Assembly (NCBI RefSeq): GCF_025526975.1
Contig: NW_026515673.1
Location: forward strand, 806,001-870,000
Direction: 5' to 3'
DNA length: 64,000 nt
From: Fimicolochytrium jonesii
Lineage: Eukaryota
The translations under genes were made by a program, and so were the position numbers. Below are positions 10,991 to 22,132 of this stretch, piece by piece. Under the pieces are notes generated by a model. The model did no database searches. It was not told the origin of the DNA and worked only from the letters and a program-made list of their open reading frames with translations. Every line of letters starts with the position of its first letter. Position 1 is the stretch's first letter.

Positions 10991-11081
10991 ACGCTCGGCC
11001 TTACATGTACAGCCTTCACGCTCGGCCTTACAGCCTTCACCCTCGGCCTTACCCACGCTCGGCCTTACAGCCTTCACGCTC
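10991..11081. repeat. ~21-bp tandem repeat
   Basis: ACGCTCGGCCTTACAGCCTTC variants start at 10991, 11018, 11039, 11055 and (partial) 11076. Confidence 0.9.
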
Positions 11082-11607
11082 TCAGCGCCGTGGTTTGCCA
11101 TTTGGTACGGCTGGTATGTAGGGGGTAGGCACTACTACCCCAGAATTCAATTTCCCGCAAATACTCATCATCCAAAAAACGAATCATGGCTCGAGTCCTG
11201 CAACATAGGGCACTCAACTCTCCTTCTTCCGCTTATGCAGATACCGATAGACGTACAGTACATGTGCAGTATTCGTGTTCAAACCGGAGATGAGATATGG
11301 TGGGTGATCACTGAGGAGGCTTTGCGACAAACCGGATGGAAGGGAAACAGGATGGTTGCACGGTAACGGGATGGTTGGACGGAAACGGGAGACGCAAGGA
11401 TGGGATGCGGAACTACCACCTCGTTGCTGCAGGCGTCCCTCTGTCTGATATGAAAGTGAGACTGTTGCACACGGGAGAAGAGTGATGGTGGAGGAGAGGG
11501 GAGGTTAGCTGGCAGGTCATGCCGGGACGCCAGGACTCCCCCACTTGCAGAACATTCCCACTTGCACATCCTCACGCACATCCTCACGCTGGTCTCTTGT
11601 TTTACAG

Positions 11608-12932
11608 ACTAAGCGACGAAACGAATTCAAAGGGGAGGGGAAACGGACAAAGCGGGCGACGGCGGTACACGCATTCAGTTGTTTTAATACACTTCTGAAG
11701 TAAGATGCAGTCGGAATCATCTCACGCTTCAATCTCAACGGCGAATCCGCGGAGGAATATGCCACAACAATTGCGCACCCCGACACAAGCCATATCCAGT
11801 GGATAAACGCCCGACGAAAACATCTATATGACCAGCTCGGAGCGGGAGAGAAGGAGGCGATCGAAGGCATTCCGTTGTCCCCAATTCCAACTCCAACACC
11901 AGCCCATGCCCTCGACGCATTACTGAGCGCCGCGAAACATCTCCTCACTTACCTCGATTCCAGTATTGAATTCGGATTGTTTACCTTTGATCCCACTACA
12001 GAGTGTGCAACAGCAACAGGGACATCTCCGATGCTGTGTGCGATGCTTAGTGACGGGTTGGCATCTAAAGCCGATAATGGTTATCAGCAAATCGAGACCC
12101 ATTTTTGCACGCTTGCACGTAAGTAACATGCCATTATCCTCATGCTCCGTGTGTCTGTCCTCCCCACTAATCACAGATATTATAGAAACCGCTTCATGCC
12201 CCCCCAAACGCCGCATGTACTTTACCTCCAGGGAGGATATCGTTGCGTTTGTCAAAGAACGCTACAATCAGGCATTCGTGAAGGAGCGTCACCGAATACG
12301 TTTTCGCGAGATATCGGCCTTCCATGAGGGACACCCATATGCGAGCGGGTGTCCGCTATATCATCCATACTTTGCCGCGCTGGCCAAAGCAAAAATGGAT
12401 CAAGGTCAGCGAGACATGTGGGGAATGTATGCTCCTTACCTGGAATTCAAGTGGCGCAAAAAGGGGCAGAAGCTGTCTCTAGGTAAGGCGACCGGACCGT
12501 GTTCCCGCATGCATTGACACAGCGCACTCATCTATGTATAATAGACGACATTTTTGCTCCGGTTCTCCTAAATGACCCTCTCGCTATGCGGCCCGGGGCG
12601 CGGATCCACCAGTTTGTTGACAAGGCTGCATGGGCACAGAACCGGGAAGGAGATCACCAGCCCACACCAACACCTGGCCCAACCCACACTACCACACCCA
12701 GCGCCATCTCAAACCCCGACATTGGCTTTGCTTTCGGCGGATTTGACGACGGCGGCGGTGGAGTTGAAATCATGGCGGACAGCGGCGGTGGCGGTGGAGT
12801 TGAAATCATGGCAGACAGCGGCGGCGGCGGTGGAGTTGGAATCATGGCAGACAGCGGCGGCGGGGGTGGAGTTGAAACCATGGCGGAGAGCGGCGGCGGC
12901 GATGGCAGCGGCAGTGTGGTGGTGGCCGGCAG
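11608..12932 (+). pseudogene. 5' half of a disrupted multi-exon gene: possible divergent HMG-box, unknown region, Gly-rich repeats
   Basis: The exon after the TTTACAG acceptor reads KRATAVHAFSCF...RKHLYDQLGAGEKEAIE (HMG-like helix 1 and helix 3 pattern) with an in-frame TAA at 11701-11703; GT-AG introns near 12119 and 12483; true start not located. Confidence 0.5.
12748..12900 (+). repeat. 36-bp coding tandem repeat (GGGGVEIMADSG) x~4
   Basis: GGCGGCGGTGGAGTTGAAATCATGGCGGACAGC units are visible directly. Confidence 0.9.
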
Positions 12933-14019
12933 AAGCGAGGGTCTGTCGAATACGGGGTTACGGTCGGGTGTCGGGAAAAATAAGCTGCCGGTCTCTCAAT
13001 AGCACAAGAAGAGATCTCAAGCAAGAGCGTCGTCTTGCCACTTCATTATCCAGGTGCTTTGAAAGGAGTCCTTCTTCTAATACGGGGTCAGGAATTACGG
13101 GCACGGGTATGAAATACGGAATCGGAATATCTGCAGGTTTGACTACAAAACAAAACAACGAGGTTATTCAGTCTCACTCTCAGCTCTTCTTACGTACAAG
13201 ATTCCTGAACTGTCGAGTACTCGGCGACGTCAGCAAAGTACAAGTCGCGACACTCGGGGTCATCTTGTCTAAGCTCTCCGGGTCTATGAGCGCGCCTTGA
13301 AAGTCTATCAGAAACTGAAAGAAGTCGTCGGGAGTAGAGAAGTAGAAAGCTCTGTTGTTGATCAGGATCTGTGTTCTGCGTGCACGAATCTGGGTTCTGC
13401 GTATTGTACAAAGGTCTGGGGAAAACAGGGGGGTTTTATTATGATTTTTCTAGGCTACGGGATTTTGTCGAAGTCCAAACTCTCTACTAGTCATCTCTAG
13501 AGGATTTAGCTACGTTGGGGTCTTTTTCTCTTTTCCTGCGGCGGTCTACGTAGTTTTTCCTTTTTCCATTCGCAATTTTGGCGCTGATACAGTCTTATCG
13601 CTAATCTTTTCTCGGGGTTTTCTGCAACGTTCGGCGTATACGGTCACCGGAAATTGGTTTTCTCGTTTCGCAGGTGATTTCTTCAGCGTTTCGGGCGTCG
13701 TGGGAGCTTCTGGTTGGTTGAGAGTCGGGTTGGGGGTGCTTTCATGTGTGAGATCCTCTCCTACGCCTACATTTTTTGCATGTCAGTCGTATCCGAGGAC
13801 AAAACGTTGTTGTGAAGCAAGGCTTTGGTAAAGGTAGTTGTATTTGGTAATCGTCGGAGTGTCGGGAACGCGAGTGTGTCGATTTATTGTCGGAAGTTAT
13901 GACGGTATTTTGACGTTGTCATATAAAGGTGATTTCATTCGCTCGTCGAAGATTCTAAGCGTATAATTGGCGTCGAAATATTATCGATTTCATGCGCAGT
14001 TCGAAGCGCACTACTACAG
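12933..14019. mobile_element. Putative ~1.1-kb insertion of unknown type
   Basis: AT-richer block flanked by CAG (12930-12932 and 14017-14019); removing it restores the reading frame and the GGGVE repeat register; no TIR or LTR seen. Confidence 0.45.
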
Positions 14020-15375
14020 CGGCGGTGGAGTTGAGGGAGTTGAAGAGGACCAGGCGCGACAGATGATGAAGACTACCTATGATGAAAAGCAGCTGCTAGA
14101 TTTCGTCGCGCAAATGGCAGAGACCATGAACACACTCCCAACCCAGACAGACAACTTGGCAGCTCAGCTCTCTTTGGCAGCTCAGCTCTCTTTGGCAGAG
14201 CCCAACATCGAACCAGTCAAACCCGTCGCAGCCGCCACTACTGAATCTCCTACGCATGCGCGCGTCAACAATGAAGAGCTAAACCCCGACCCCTCCGCAA
14301 TGAATATAGACGTTGACGGTTGGTGTAACCGGCCGCCGGCAATGTGGAAAGGCGAGCCGTGGCCAAAGGTGGATGGAAAGCATCTCATCTTCCTTCAACG
14401 TGTAATCAGGAGCAAAAATTTGCCGGTGGGCCAGTGGGCTCTCGGATGCGGCAGAAAGGAAGGAGCAGGAGATTTGAGGATACTGGCAGGGTCGTCGATC
14501 ATCGAACCCGCTACCATTCGGTGGATTGTCAAAACCGATAGCTGGCTGAACGATCAAGCTGTCAACAGGTCCGTTCCCGCTTTCCGTGCGAGTGTGTTGT
14601 GTGTCATTGTTGTCACTCACTGATGCTTGTCTCTGGATATATAGGTGGTGCGCGTTGTTACAAGCCAGGTCATCACGGCACCCAACCATTTATCCGCCAC
14701 TGCTAGCCGTTGCATCCACCTGGCTCCAAAGTGTCAAAATGGCACGGAGATCCAATGTCCCTATTCGGCTTGTTCCGGTAAGAAAAGTTACTTAACCGTA
14801 CCGTTCTTAACTAAACTAACTTTCCTTTGTTGTTTTATGTTAAGCGGTCGATCAACATTGCAGAGTACAACATACTGCTATTCCCAACAAACCCAGACAA
14901 TCTGCACTGGGTCCTGTTTGCAATACTCGTCGCGGTGCCGGCGCCCAAGTCCGCAAAACCCCTGGGCCCCCCTGGCTCGCCATTAACCAGACACGAAAAC
15001 GTATCCCTCGTTTTATTTGACTCAAAGCCTCGCCCGAACGACCACGACTACGTTGATAAGATGGCCAATATCGGCTCCCTCTTGTGGGATTGGTACATTA
15101 CGGCCACTGAAGCCCCGCTCAATCACACACCGACACCGACACCGACGGTTGACGCCCTCTTCACGCCTCGACAGCGCGACGACCATAACTGCGGGACATT
15201 TGTGTGCATGATGGCTGAGGCCATTGCCCGTGGTGCCGTGGGTGAGGTTACCGAATCATGGGTCAATACGCAGACCGCCGTCAATGCCCGCCATAACATC
15301 GCGCTGAGCATCGTGTTGGCCATGTTTCTTCACGATGGTGATGCTCATCAGTATACGGATGTGACGAAGTGCTAG
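14018..15375 (+). CDS. Ulp1-like (C48) SUMO/ubiquitin-like protease domain, probably the 3' half of the 11608-12932 gene
   Basis: WLNDQAVNRW, LHWVLFAI (His), VLFDSK (Asp), PRQRDDHNCGTFVC (Gln/Cys); GT-AG introns near 14569-14644 and 14778-14844. Confidence 0.85.
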
Positions 15376-15849
15376 AGATGGAAGATGCAGATGCCGGGAT
15401 GGAGGGTGCAGAGATGTCGGCGTAGGAGGAGGTGCAGAAGGGTGTTGTGCCGAAAGATGCGAGCTCCTAGTTGTGATAGGGGGAGAGTATAGTATATTAT
15501 ACGTATAGTACGTGCCTTCGTATCCGTCATCCATCCACCTCGTAGCTTTCCTCAAACGCGTTGGAACATATGGAAGCTACATCCATGTTTTCTTGCGCAA
15601 GAATGGTTCCACAACACATTCCTCTCACATCATTCAGGTCTTTGTTCTTTGCTCTAACAGCTTGATGCAATAAATCACGTTCAAGATCACTCTCATTCAG
15701 ATTGTTTATTACAGAGAAAAACAGATGAGGGTCGAGAGGACAGCCTCGATAGGCGCAGCCATATCAGACAATTTTTTTCGCACCACAGCCCGTACAGTAA
15801 ACCCCCAATGATCCGTCCATCCTACTCCCATCCCACTCGAAATCCACAC

Positions 15850-16617
15850 TCATGCGCGATAAGCCGGCGGCGGCGCACTCAGATCCTCCCCACTCGGCCG
15901 TCCCCCAACTGTCGTTGTAGGCGGCGGCGGTCCGGCCGGCGGCGGATACTGTGGGTACTGCGGCTGGCCGCCATTCGTACTAGCATTACTATGCCTCCGA
16001 TCATGCAAATCAGCAGCCGAGTGGCCCGGTTCCGGGAACAGCAGCGGTGCTTGGCTCTGTCCCTGGTTCTGATTACGGTGTTGGGCGTCGTAGGGTGTTG
16101 GAGTTGGGTAGTGACCGTTAGGTTGGTGTGGTGGCTGTTGCTGTTGCGTCATAACAGGCGGCGGGCCAGTATACACGCCCCCAGATCCCATCCCAAACAC
16201 TGGCCCCGGACCGCCACTGAGGAACAAACCCCTCCTGCGTCGTCGTCTCCGCATGCAGAAGAGACAAAGTGTGAGGAAGAAGAGCAGCGCAATAAACCCG
16301 CCGACGGAGCCGCCTATGATGGAAGGGTTTTGATTTTGCGCGCTCCAGCCGCCGCCGTAGGGGCAGGTGCCGTAGACGGATTGGCAGCTTGCGGCTCTGA
16401 ATATAGAGATGGGAATGAGTCTCTCCGCCTCTCCCTCCCAGAACTCTCTGCATACTTACGAGCACTGATTATAGTTTGTCCAGTAATTGTTCCCGCAATA
16501 GCATCGGCACATCGCTTGGACCCCCTGTGGCGCCATGAGTGCGACGAGCAGGGTTGTAGCGAGGAATCGTGGTTTGAGGAGCGTCGAACGGATCGAAGAC
16601 GTGGATGCTAGTGTCAT
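15850..16617 (-). CDS. Small single-pass membrane protein: signal peptide, 6-Cys ectodomain, TM helix, Pro-rich tail with PPxY
   Basis: Spliced (GTAAGT..CAG intron ~16459-16399): ...LLVALMAPQGVQA-MCRCYCGNNYWTNYNQCSAASCQSVYGTCPY...IIGGSVGGFIALLFFLTLCLFC-MRRRRRRR...PPPAYRA*. Confidence 0.75.
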
Positions 16618-17421
16618 TTTCGGGAAGAGTATGAATGTGGGTATGTTTAGACTGTATTTCCTGGCGAAGGTGGATGTCGACCGTCTTTTCTGGTGCGCAA
16701 ATGGCGGGGACGGTGAGTATTTATGTTCTGGGTGGAGGGAAAATCTTGGGTCTTCCTTATGGAACTAATGCCAGCCTCATTTGTCGCTTCTGACGATATG
16801 TGGCACGAAAACAACCCGTCGGGTGTACGAACTTATGATGGAGTCCCTTTGCCCGTGCTGCCTTTCTGCAACAGTGCAACTCACCTTCTGACAGCGCTTT
16901 TATGACTTGAAAACTTGAGAGTGGGGCGGGGTTGAATCTGAAGGTCGCCAAGAGACAGGGAGAATGTAGGAGGAATACGTCATTCCCGCTTCTCTTGTCC
17001 AAACGCGTGTCGATGAGTCGTGAGATGATGACGCACGCGTTGAATAAGCTTGTTTTTGAAGGCTGTGTGGTTGAAGGTTCCGTCGTCCACTCCACCAGTG
17101 GCTTCATAGAAAGGCTAATGGAAATCGGGCCCTTGGCATAATCAGCGGGGGGGAAAGAATGCGCTTGAGGTCAACGAACTCCGGAGCGAGATTCTCATGT
17201 CCAGAGGTCGTCGTCGGGCGCGGTCCCGAGTCTTGGTAGCTCTTTCTGGCGTCTGGAAAGAATGGAAAGCGGGAAACCGCCGGACGGTTCCGCTAACTTA
17301 ACCGTGTCCAGAGTCACTGCATGCAGGTGCTGCCTTCCTGCATTGTGGCAAAGTGACTGACTCCCTGCATTGTGGCAGCTGACACTTTCTTGGACTTCGT
17401 TCTGTTTCCATTACCATATTA

Positions 17422-17586
17422 GTATAGGCTGCCAGATATCTGGGTACGACGCCCAAGGACACATCAGTCCGAGCATAGCCACAGGCTCAAGTTACCGACC
17501 CCCATGCAGCCCAGGGCAGGATTGACAGCTGGCCGGTGACTTCTGGGTTAACCACCCGTCGTAACGAGATATCTGGCAGCCTACTG
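17422..17586. mobile_element. MITE copy 1 (Tc1/mariner type), left end slightly eroded
   Basis: TIRs TAGGCTGCCAGATATCTGGGTACGACG and CGTCGTAACGAGATATCTGGCAGCCTACTG, followed by TA; internal sequence homologous to 51337-51532. Confidence 0.88.
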
Positions 17587-17795
17587 TACAGTACATCTTC
17601 CTCATCCCTCACACACAGCCTGAGGATGTCCTAATCGGTTCATTCCCGTTGTCCAACGGCAGGGCTGTTATTTTTTTTATAACATGAGCTGAGAATCGAC
17701 GTACTGTACTGTATGATACTATATCCATGTAAGATCTACCCATGGGAAAGCGATAGCAAATGTCGTGGGTCTGGGTACGTGGTAGATGTACAGTA

Positions 17796-19162
17796 CAGTC
17801 AGCGGACAAAAAGCTGTGTGCACCCCATATGGATTTCAATGACCGTTTCACAAAGCGCACCGCGCGTTTTGGAGCCGCAAGCTTGAGTATTGAAGCCAGC
17901 GACGAAGCCGTGATGGCGAAATGCACGCCAACATCTTCACCACCTCAGCTATGGGGAAACCTCTCACACCACAAAAAAGGGCAGCCATAGTTGCCCTCCA
18001 TATAGCAGGCAAGACGACATCTGAAATTGCAAGGCAGGAGCACGTTCACAGGAATACTGTGAGGAACACTATTAAGAGGTTTGCGAACGAGAGTGCCACT
18101 GCACCAACCACCTATCAATCGAAGAAGCCAACAGGAAGACCAGCTAAGTACCAGCCTTCTGACGATGATTTGGCTGCCTTCCGCAGTATTGTCGTTGCTG
18201 ACAGTAGCACTTGGGAGAAAACACTAAAACAGATCACTTTTGAATTCACACAGCTCACCGGACTCCAGGTGTCTGCAAAAACAGTGCGTCGCTACCTACG
18301 GGACATGCTCTATCTCACCTCGCGTTTCAAGGTCCGAAAGCCACTATTGACAGAGGACCATAAAGCAGCACGCCTTGCATTTGCACTGCAGCACCAAGAC
18401 TGGACGGAAGCGGACTGGTCTCGTGTTTTCTGGACTGATGAGACGTCCTTTGAAATTGGCTGGGTACCTAAAATGCGGTGCTGGCGCTTACGAACTGAAC
18501 GTTTTCATCCCGATTGCATCCAGGGCACCAGGAAGAGTGGACGAAAAACATTCATGTACTGGGGAGCATTCATTGGAAATGCAGTAGGTCCAATGAAAGA
18601 GATGCAGCGTGTTCAGCGGGAGGGTCAAAACCGTGGAGGGATTAACTCTACTGCCTATGTGCAACATCTTACTGCTAACATGTTGCCGATGTGGCGGAAT
18701 CTAGAGATTTTTCTTCCCAATCCTCTCTTCATGCAGGACAACGCCCCTATTCATACATCGGCTGAAACTCGACAGTTCTTTGATGAACACGGCATTGAGC
18801 TTCTTCCCTGGCCAGCGCAGAGTCCAGATCTCAATCCGATTGAGAATCTGTGGGCAATGCTCACACGGAAGGTATCGAAAGCGAACCCTACCCCTGGAAT
18901 GTTGGACAACGTTGTGCAAACTATATGGCCCACAATGCAGCCGCATCTTGATGCATTGACACGGTCAATGCCATCAAGAATGGCAGCCGTAATCGCAGCC
19001 AATGGGGGGACAACTAGGTATTAGCGAAATTCAGATCTAGATCCATTCATTTAGGTCAGGTTTCGCAATGCCCCAAGATTAAGGATGATGAGTTGATGTC
19101 GCGCAACGCGCGTCAGACACTGACTTAATCTGGCATGCACACAGCTTTATGTCCACTGACTG
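17796..19162 (+). mobile_element. Full-length Tc1-family DNA transposon (1367 bp)
   Basis: 27-bp TIRs CAGTCAGCGGACAAAAAGCTGTGTGCA / TGCACACAGCTTTATGTCCACTGACTG (2 mismatches) with TA on both sides. Confidence 0.96.
17951..19024 (+). CDS. Tc1 DD34E transposase
   Basis: HTH region, GRP motif, WTDET, MQDNAPIH, WPAQSPDLNPIENLW; 34 residues between the second D and the E; no stops. Confidence 0.96.
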   Translation: MGKPLTPQKRAAIVALHIAGKTTSEIARQEHVHRNTVRNTIKRFANESATAPTTYQSKKPTGRPAKYQPSDDDLAAFRSIVVADSSTWEKTLKQITFEFTQLTGLQVSAKTVRRYLRDMLYLTSRFKVRKPLLTEDHKAARLAFALQHQDWTEADWSRVFWTDETSFEIGWVPKMRCWRLRTERFHPDCIQGTRKSGRKTFMYWGAFIGNAVGPMKEMQRVQREGQNRGGINSTAYVQHLTANMLPMWRNLEIFLPNPLFMQDNAPIHTSAETRQFFDEHGIELLPWPAQSPDLNPIENLWAMLTRKVSKANPTPGMLDNVVQTIWPTMQPHLDALTRSMPSRMAAVIAANGGTTRY

Positions 19163-19455
19163 TACAACTGAAGCCCGTTGCGATCACATGAAGGCCTGAC
19201 TATTAGCGCGGCAGGTCACACTGGGCCTAATAAGCTTGTCTAGGCTATTTCATTTGCGCTGCGGACGTCGGATCATCGGAGTCCTCCTGCGGCTTAAGGC
19301 CCAGGCTTGGCGTTGAGACGCGGTGGGAGTGAGTAAAAGCTACAGCCCACCGTGGAGAAGGTCACAAACTCTTTAGGTTGGCGTTGAGTTTGTGTACAGA
19401 TCGACAGGTATTGAAGATTTTAAGATTATATGAATCTATGATAGTGAAATAGTCT

Positions 19456-19530
19456 GGCTGGTGACTTTTCGTTAGGCTGGTGACTTTTCCGTTAGGCTGG
19501 TGACTTTTCCGTTAGGCTGGTGACTTTTCG
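19456..19530. repeat. 19-20-bp tandem repeat x4 upstream of the OPT gene
   Basis: GGCTGGTGACTTTTC(C)GTTA units. Confidence 0.9.
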
Positions 19531-19687
19531 CATCGGCGCCCGCGTCTGGACTCGGGGTTGTGGTTGGTAGCACTGGTAGGCACTTTTTCCAGCCGCTAAT
19601 TTTTGCCTAGCTCTGAGAGCTCATGGTGGTCCTTGATCCCATAGGATCCAGGCAGTTCATGAGGGCTATATAAGAGGGAGTACCCTG

Positions 19688-22132
19688 ATGTTGGCAAGAC
19701 CTGCTTCGCCAAAGCTTCCCCTTGCCGAACCCGTCGTGTCTAGCAGCCATGGACGAAAGAACCCAGTCGCGGTCCAGCATGTGGCCTCAACGAAAGAAGA
19801 GAACGACAAGATACTGCACTCCAACATCGACGAAAAGGACCGCGAACTCGACGCATTTGACCAAAAGGACATCGTGCCCAAGAAGCGTCTCTATGGGTCC
19901 TACGTGGACTTGCCTGAAGGGCTCCCCGACGAAGGCTCCGCTCTTACCATCCGTGCGCTGGTCGTCGGAACCCTGCTTGGATCTATCGTGGGCGCATCCT
20001 CCATCTACCTCGGGCTGAAAACCGGTTTCACCTTCGGCGCTGCTCTGTTCGGAGCGATTCTGGGTTGGGGTATCCTCAAGCCCCTTTCCCACTTTACCGG
20101 CGGGTTCTTCGGGTCAAAGGAGAACTGCACCGTGCAAACCACCGCCACCGCTGCCGGTGGATTGCCCTCCATCTTCGTGGCCGCTGTACCCGCCATGTAC
20201 GGTTTGGGCCTGCTCGGGTCGGGACCTCGTGAGGACTTTGGCAAGCTTCTGGCATTGAACTTCATCACCGCGTACTACGGTCTCTTCTTTGGTGAGCTTC
20301 CTCTTTCTTCTTTCTCGTGAGATGTCTTGCCGCCGTTGCATAAAGCAAAGCTAATTCTACCGACCCCTCACGTCTAGCCATTCCCCTTCGTAAATACTTC
20401 ATTTTACAATTGAAGCTCGTCTTCCCGTCACCGTTCGCCGCCGCTTCCACCATCGCTTCTCTTCACACCGTCACTGGTGCAGCGGTCGGCAAGAAGAAGG
20501 CCTACATCATGTTCCTGTCCATCATTGGTACCATCCTCTGGAACGTCATTGGGTCGGTCTTCATTCCGGGACTCTACAAGATGCGCATCTTCGCGTGGCT
20601 CTCAAGAACCGGCTGCGGTTCCACGTGCTGGGAAGCCCACCTGTGGGGTTGGGCCATCGAATGGACTCCTGCTTTCATCGGTGCTGGAATGCTCACGGGG
20701 CTCCATTCGTCCGTCTCGTTCTTCTTGGGTTCCGTCACCGCCTGGGGTATCGTCGGCCCCCTGCTGGTTGCAAACAAGTTGGTCGCCGGGAAAGGCTACC
20801 TCAGCATGCCCGGAAAGTCGGTCGACGCTTCCAGCCCCACCGGCGCAACCGCGCGTTACTGGTTGCTCTGGCCTGGTATCATGGTCATGATCGCCGCTTC
20901 TTTCACCGAATTGTAAGTTATGCTCATTCAGCTTGAGATATTATGAGCAAAGATCTCATATCCTTTTCTCTGTCCCCTTTAGGTTCTGGAATTGGCGCAC
21001 CATGGTCGCTGGTTTCAAAGGTCTTTACATCCAGCTTTTCCGCCGGAACTCGGCCTCCGTGGGGATTGTCGGCGACGAGGACGAAGACCCAGCAGGCCCA
21101 GAAGAACAACCCAAAGCCTGGATGTGGGATGGCGGTCTCGTTGCGTCGATCGTTCTGACGGTCATTGTTGGATCGACCATGTTTGGCGTTGGTGTGGGTG
21201 AGGGCATCCTCTCTGTCATCCTCGCTTTTGTGTTCGCCTTCATCGGTTTCCAAGCCTCGGGAACCACCGGTGGGTATTCTGGCGATGAACTTCTATGATT
21301 GGTTGACGAACTTGGATCTAAACTCAACTTTTTGAACATAGACATCAACCCCACCGGCGCCATCGCCAAGACTGCCCAGTTCGTATATGGAGGCATTACT
21401 AGGGCCAAGGGGATGACTGAGCCACCTTTGGTGCAAAACGCGCAGATGCAAAACTTGATTTCCGGGGCTGTCGCTTCCGCCGCCGCCAGTCAAGCCGTCG
21501 AGATGGTCGGTGACCTGAAAACCGGCCACTTGCTTCGCGCGTCACCCAAGACTCAGTTCCTCGCTCAAGCCATTGGCACCTTCTTTGCCACCTTCATCTC
21601 CCTCGGCCTGTACGTCTTCTACGTCGACGCATACCCGTGTATCAACACCGTGTACGCGAACAAAGAAGGCGAATGCAAGTTCGAGTTGACCGCTGCTTCT
21701 GCGTGGGCAGCTACAGCTATCGCTTTAACGCAGAAGAACCCGGGAATCCCCCACACGGCTGCTGTCGCCGCTCTCATCATCGGAGCCCTCACCGTGTGCC
21801 TCATCATCGCCCGTAAGATGCTGCCCCCGAGATTCGCCTGGGTCATCCCCAACATGTCGGCCATCGGCGTCGCATGGGTCGTCCAAGAAACCAAGTACGG
21901 AAACGCCATGCTTTTGGGCTCGACGATCGCGTACTTCTGGTCGAAACGCAATGCGGCATCGTGGGAAATCTGGGGCTTCGCATTGGCTTCCGGGTTCATC
22001 GCCGGTGAAGGATTGGGCGGCCTCATCTCGGCGGCCCTGGAGATTCTGAACTTCGAGGCCTCCTCGGTCGGCTCGAACTTTGCCTGCAACCCAAAGACCT
22101 TCGGAAGCTCCGAGGTTCCCTTCTGTGGGTAG
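19688..22132 (+). CDS. OPT/YSL-family oligopeptide or metal-chelate transporter (4 exons)
   Basis: LTIRALVVG..G, YLGLKTG, ENCTVQT.ATA, IPLRKYFI..LKLVFPS, GDLKTGHLL.ASP..QF.AQ.IG, ASGFIAGEG; many TM segments. Confidence 0.92.

Noticed and set aside
11130..14017. CACTACTAC at 11130 and 14009 as CACTA transposon termini
   Set aside because: Both are in the same orientation, and I found no matching inverted TAGTG end or CACTA transposase
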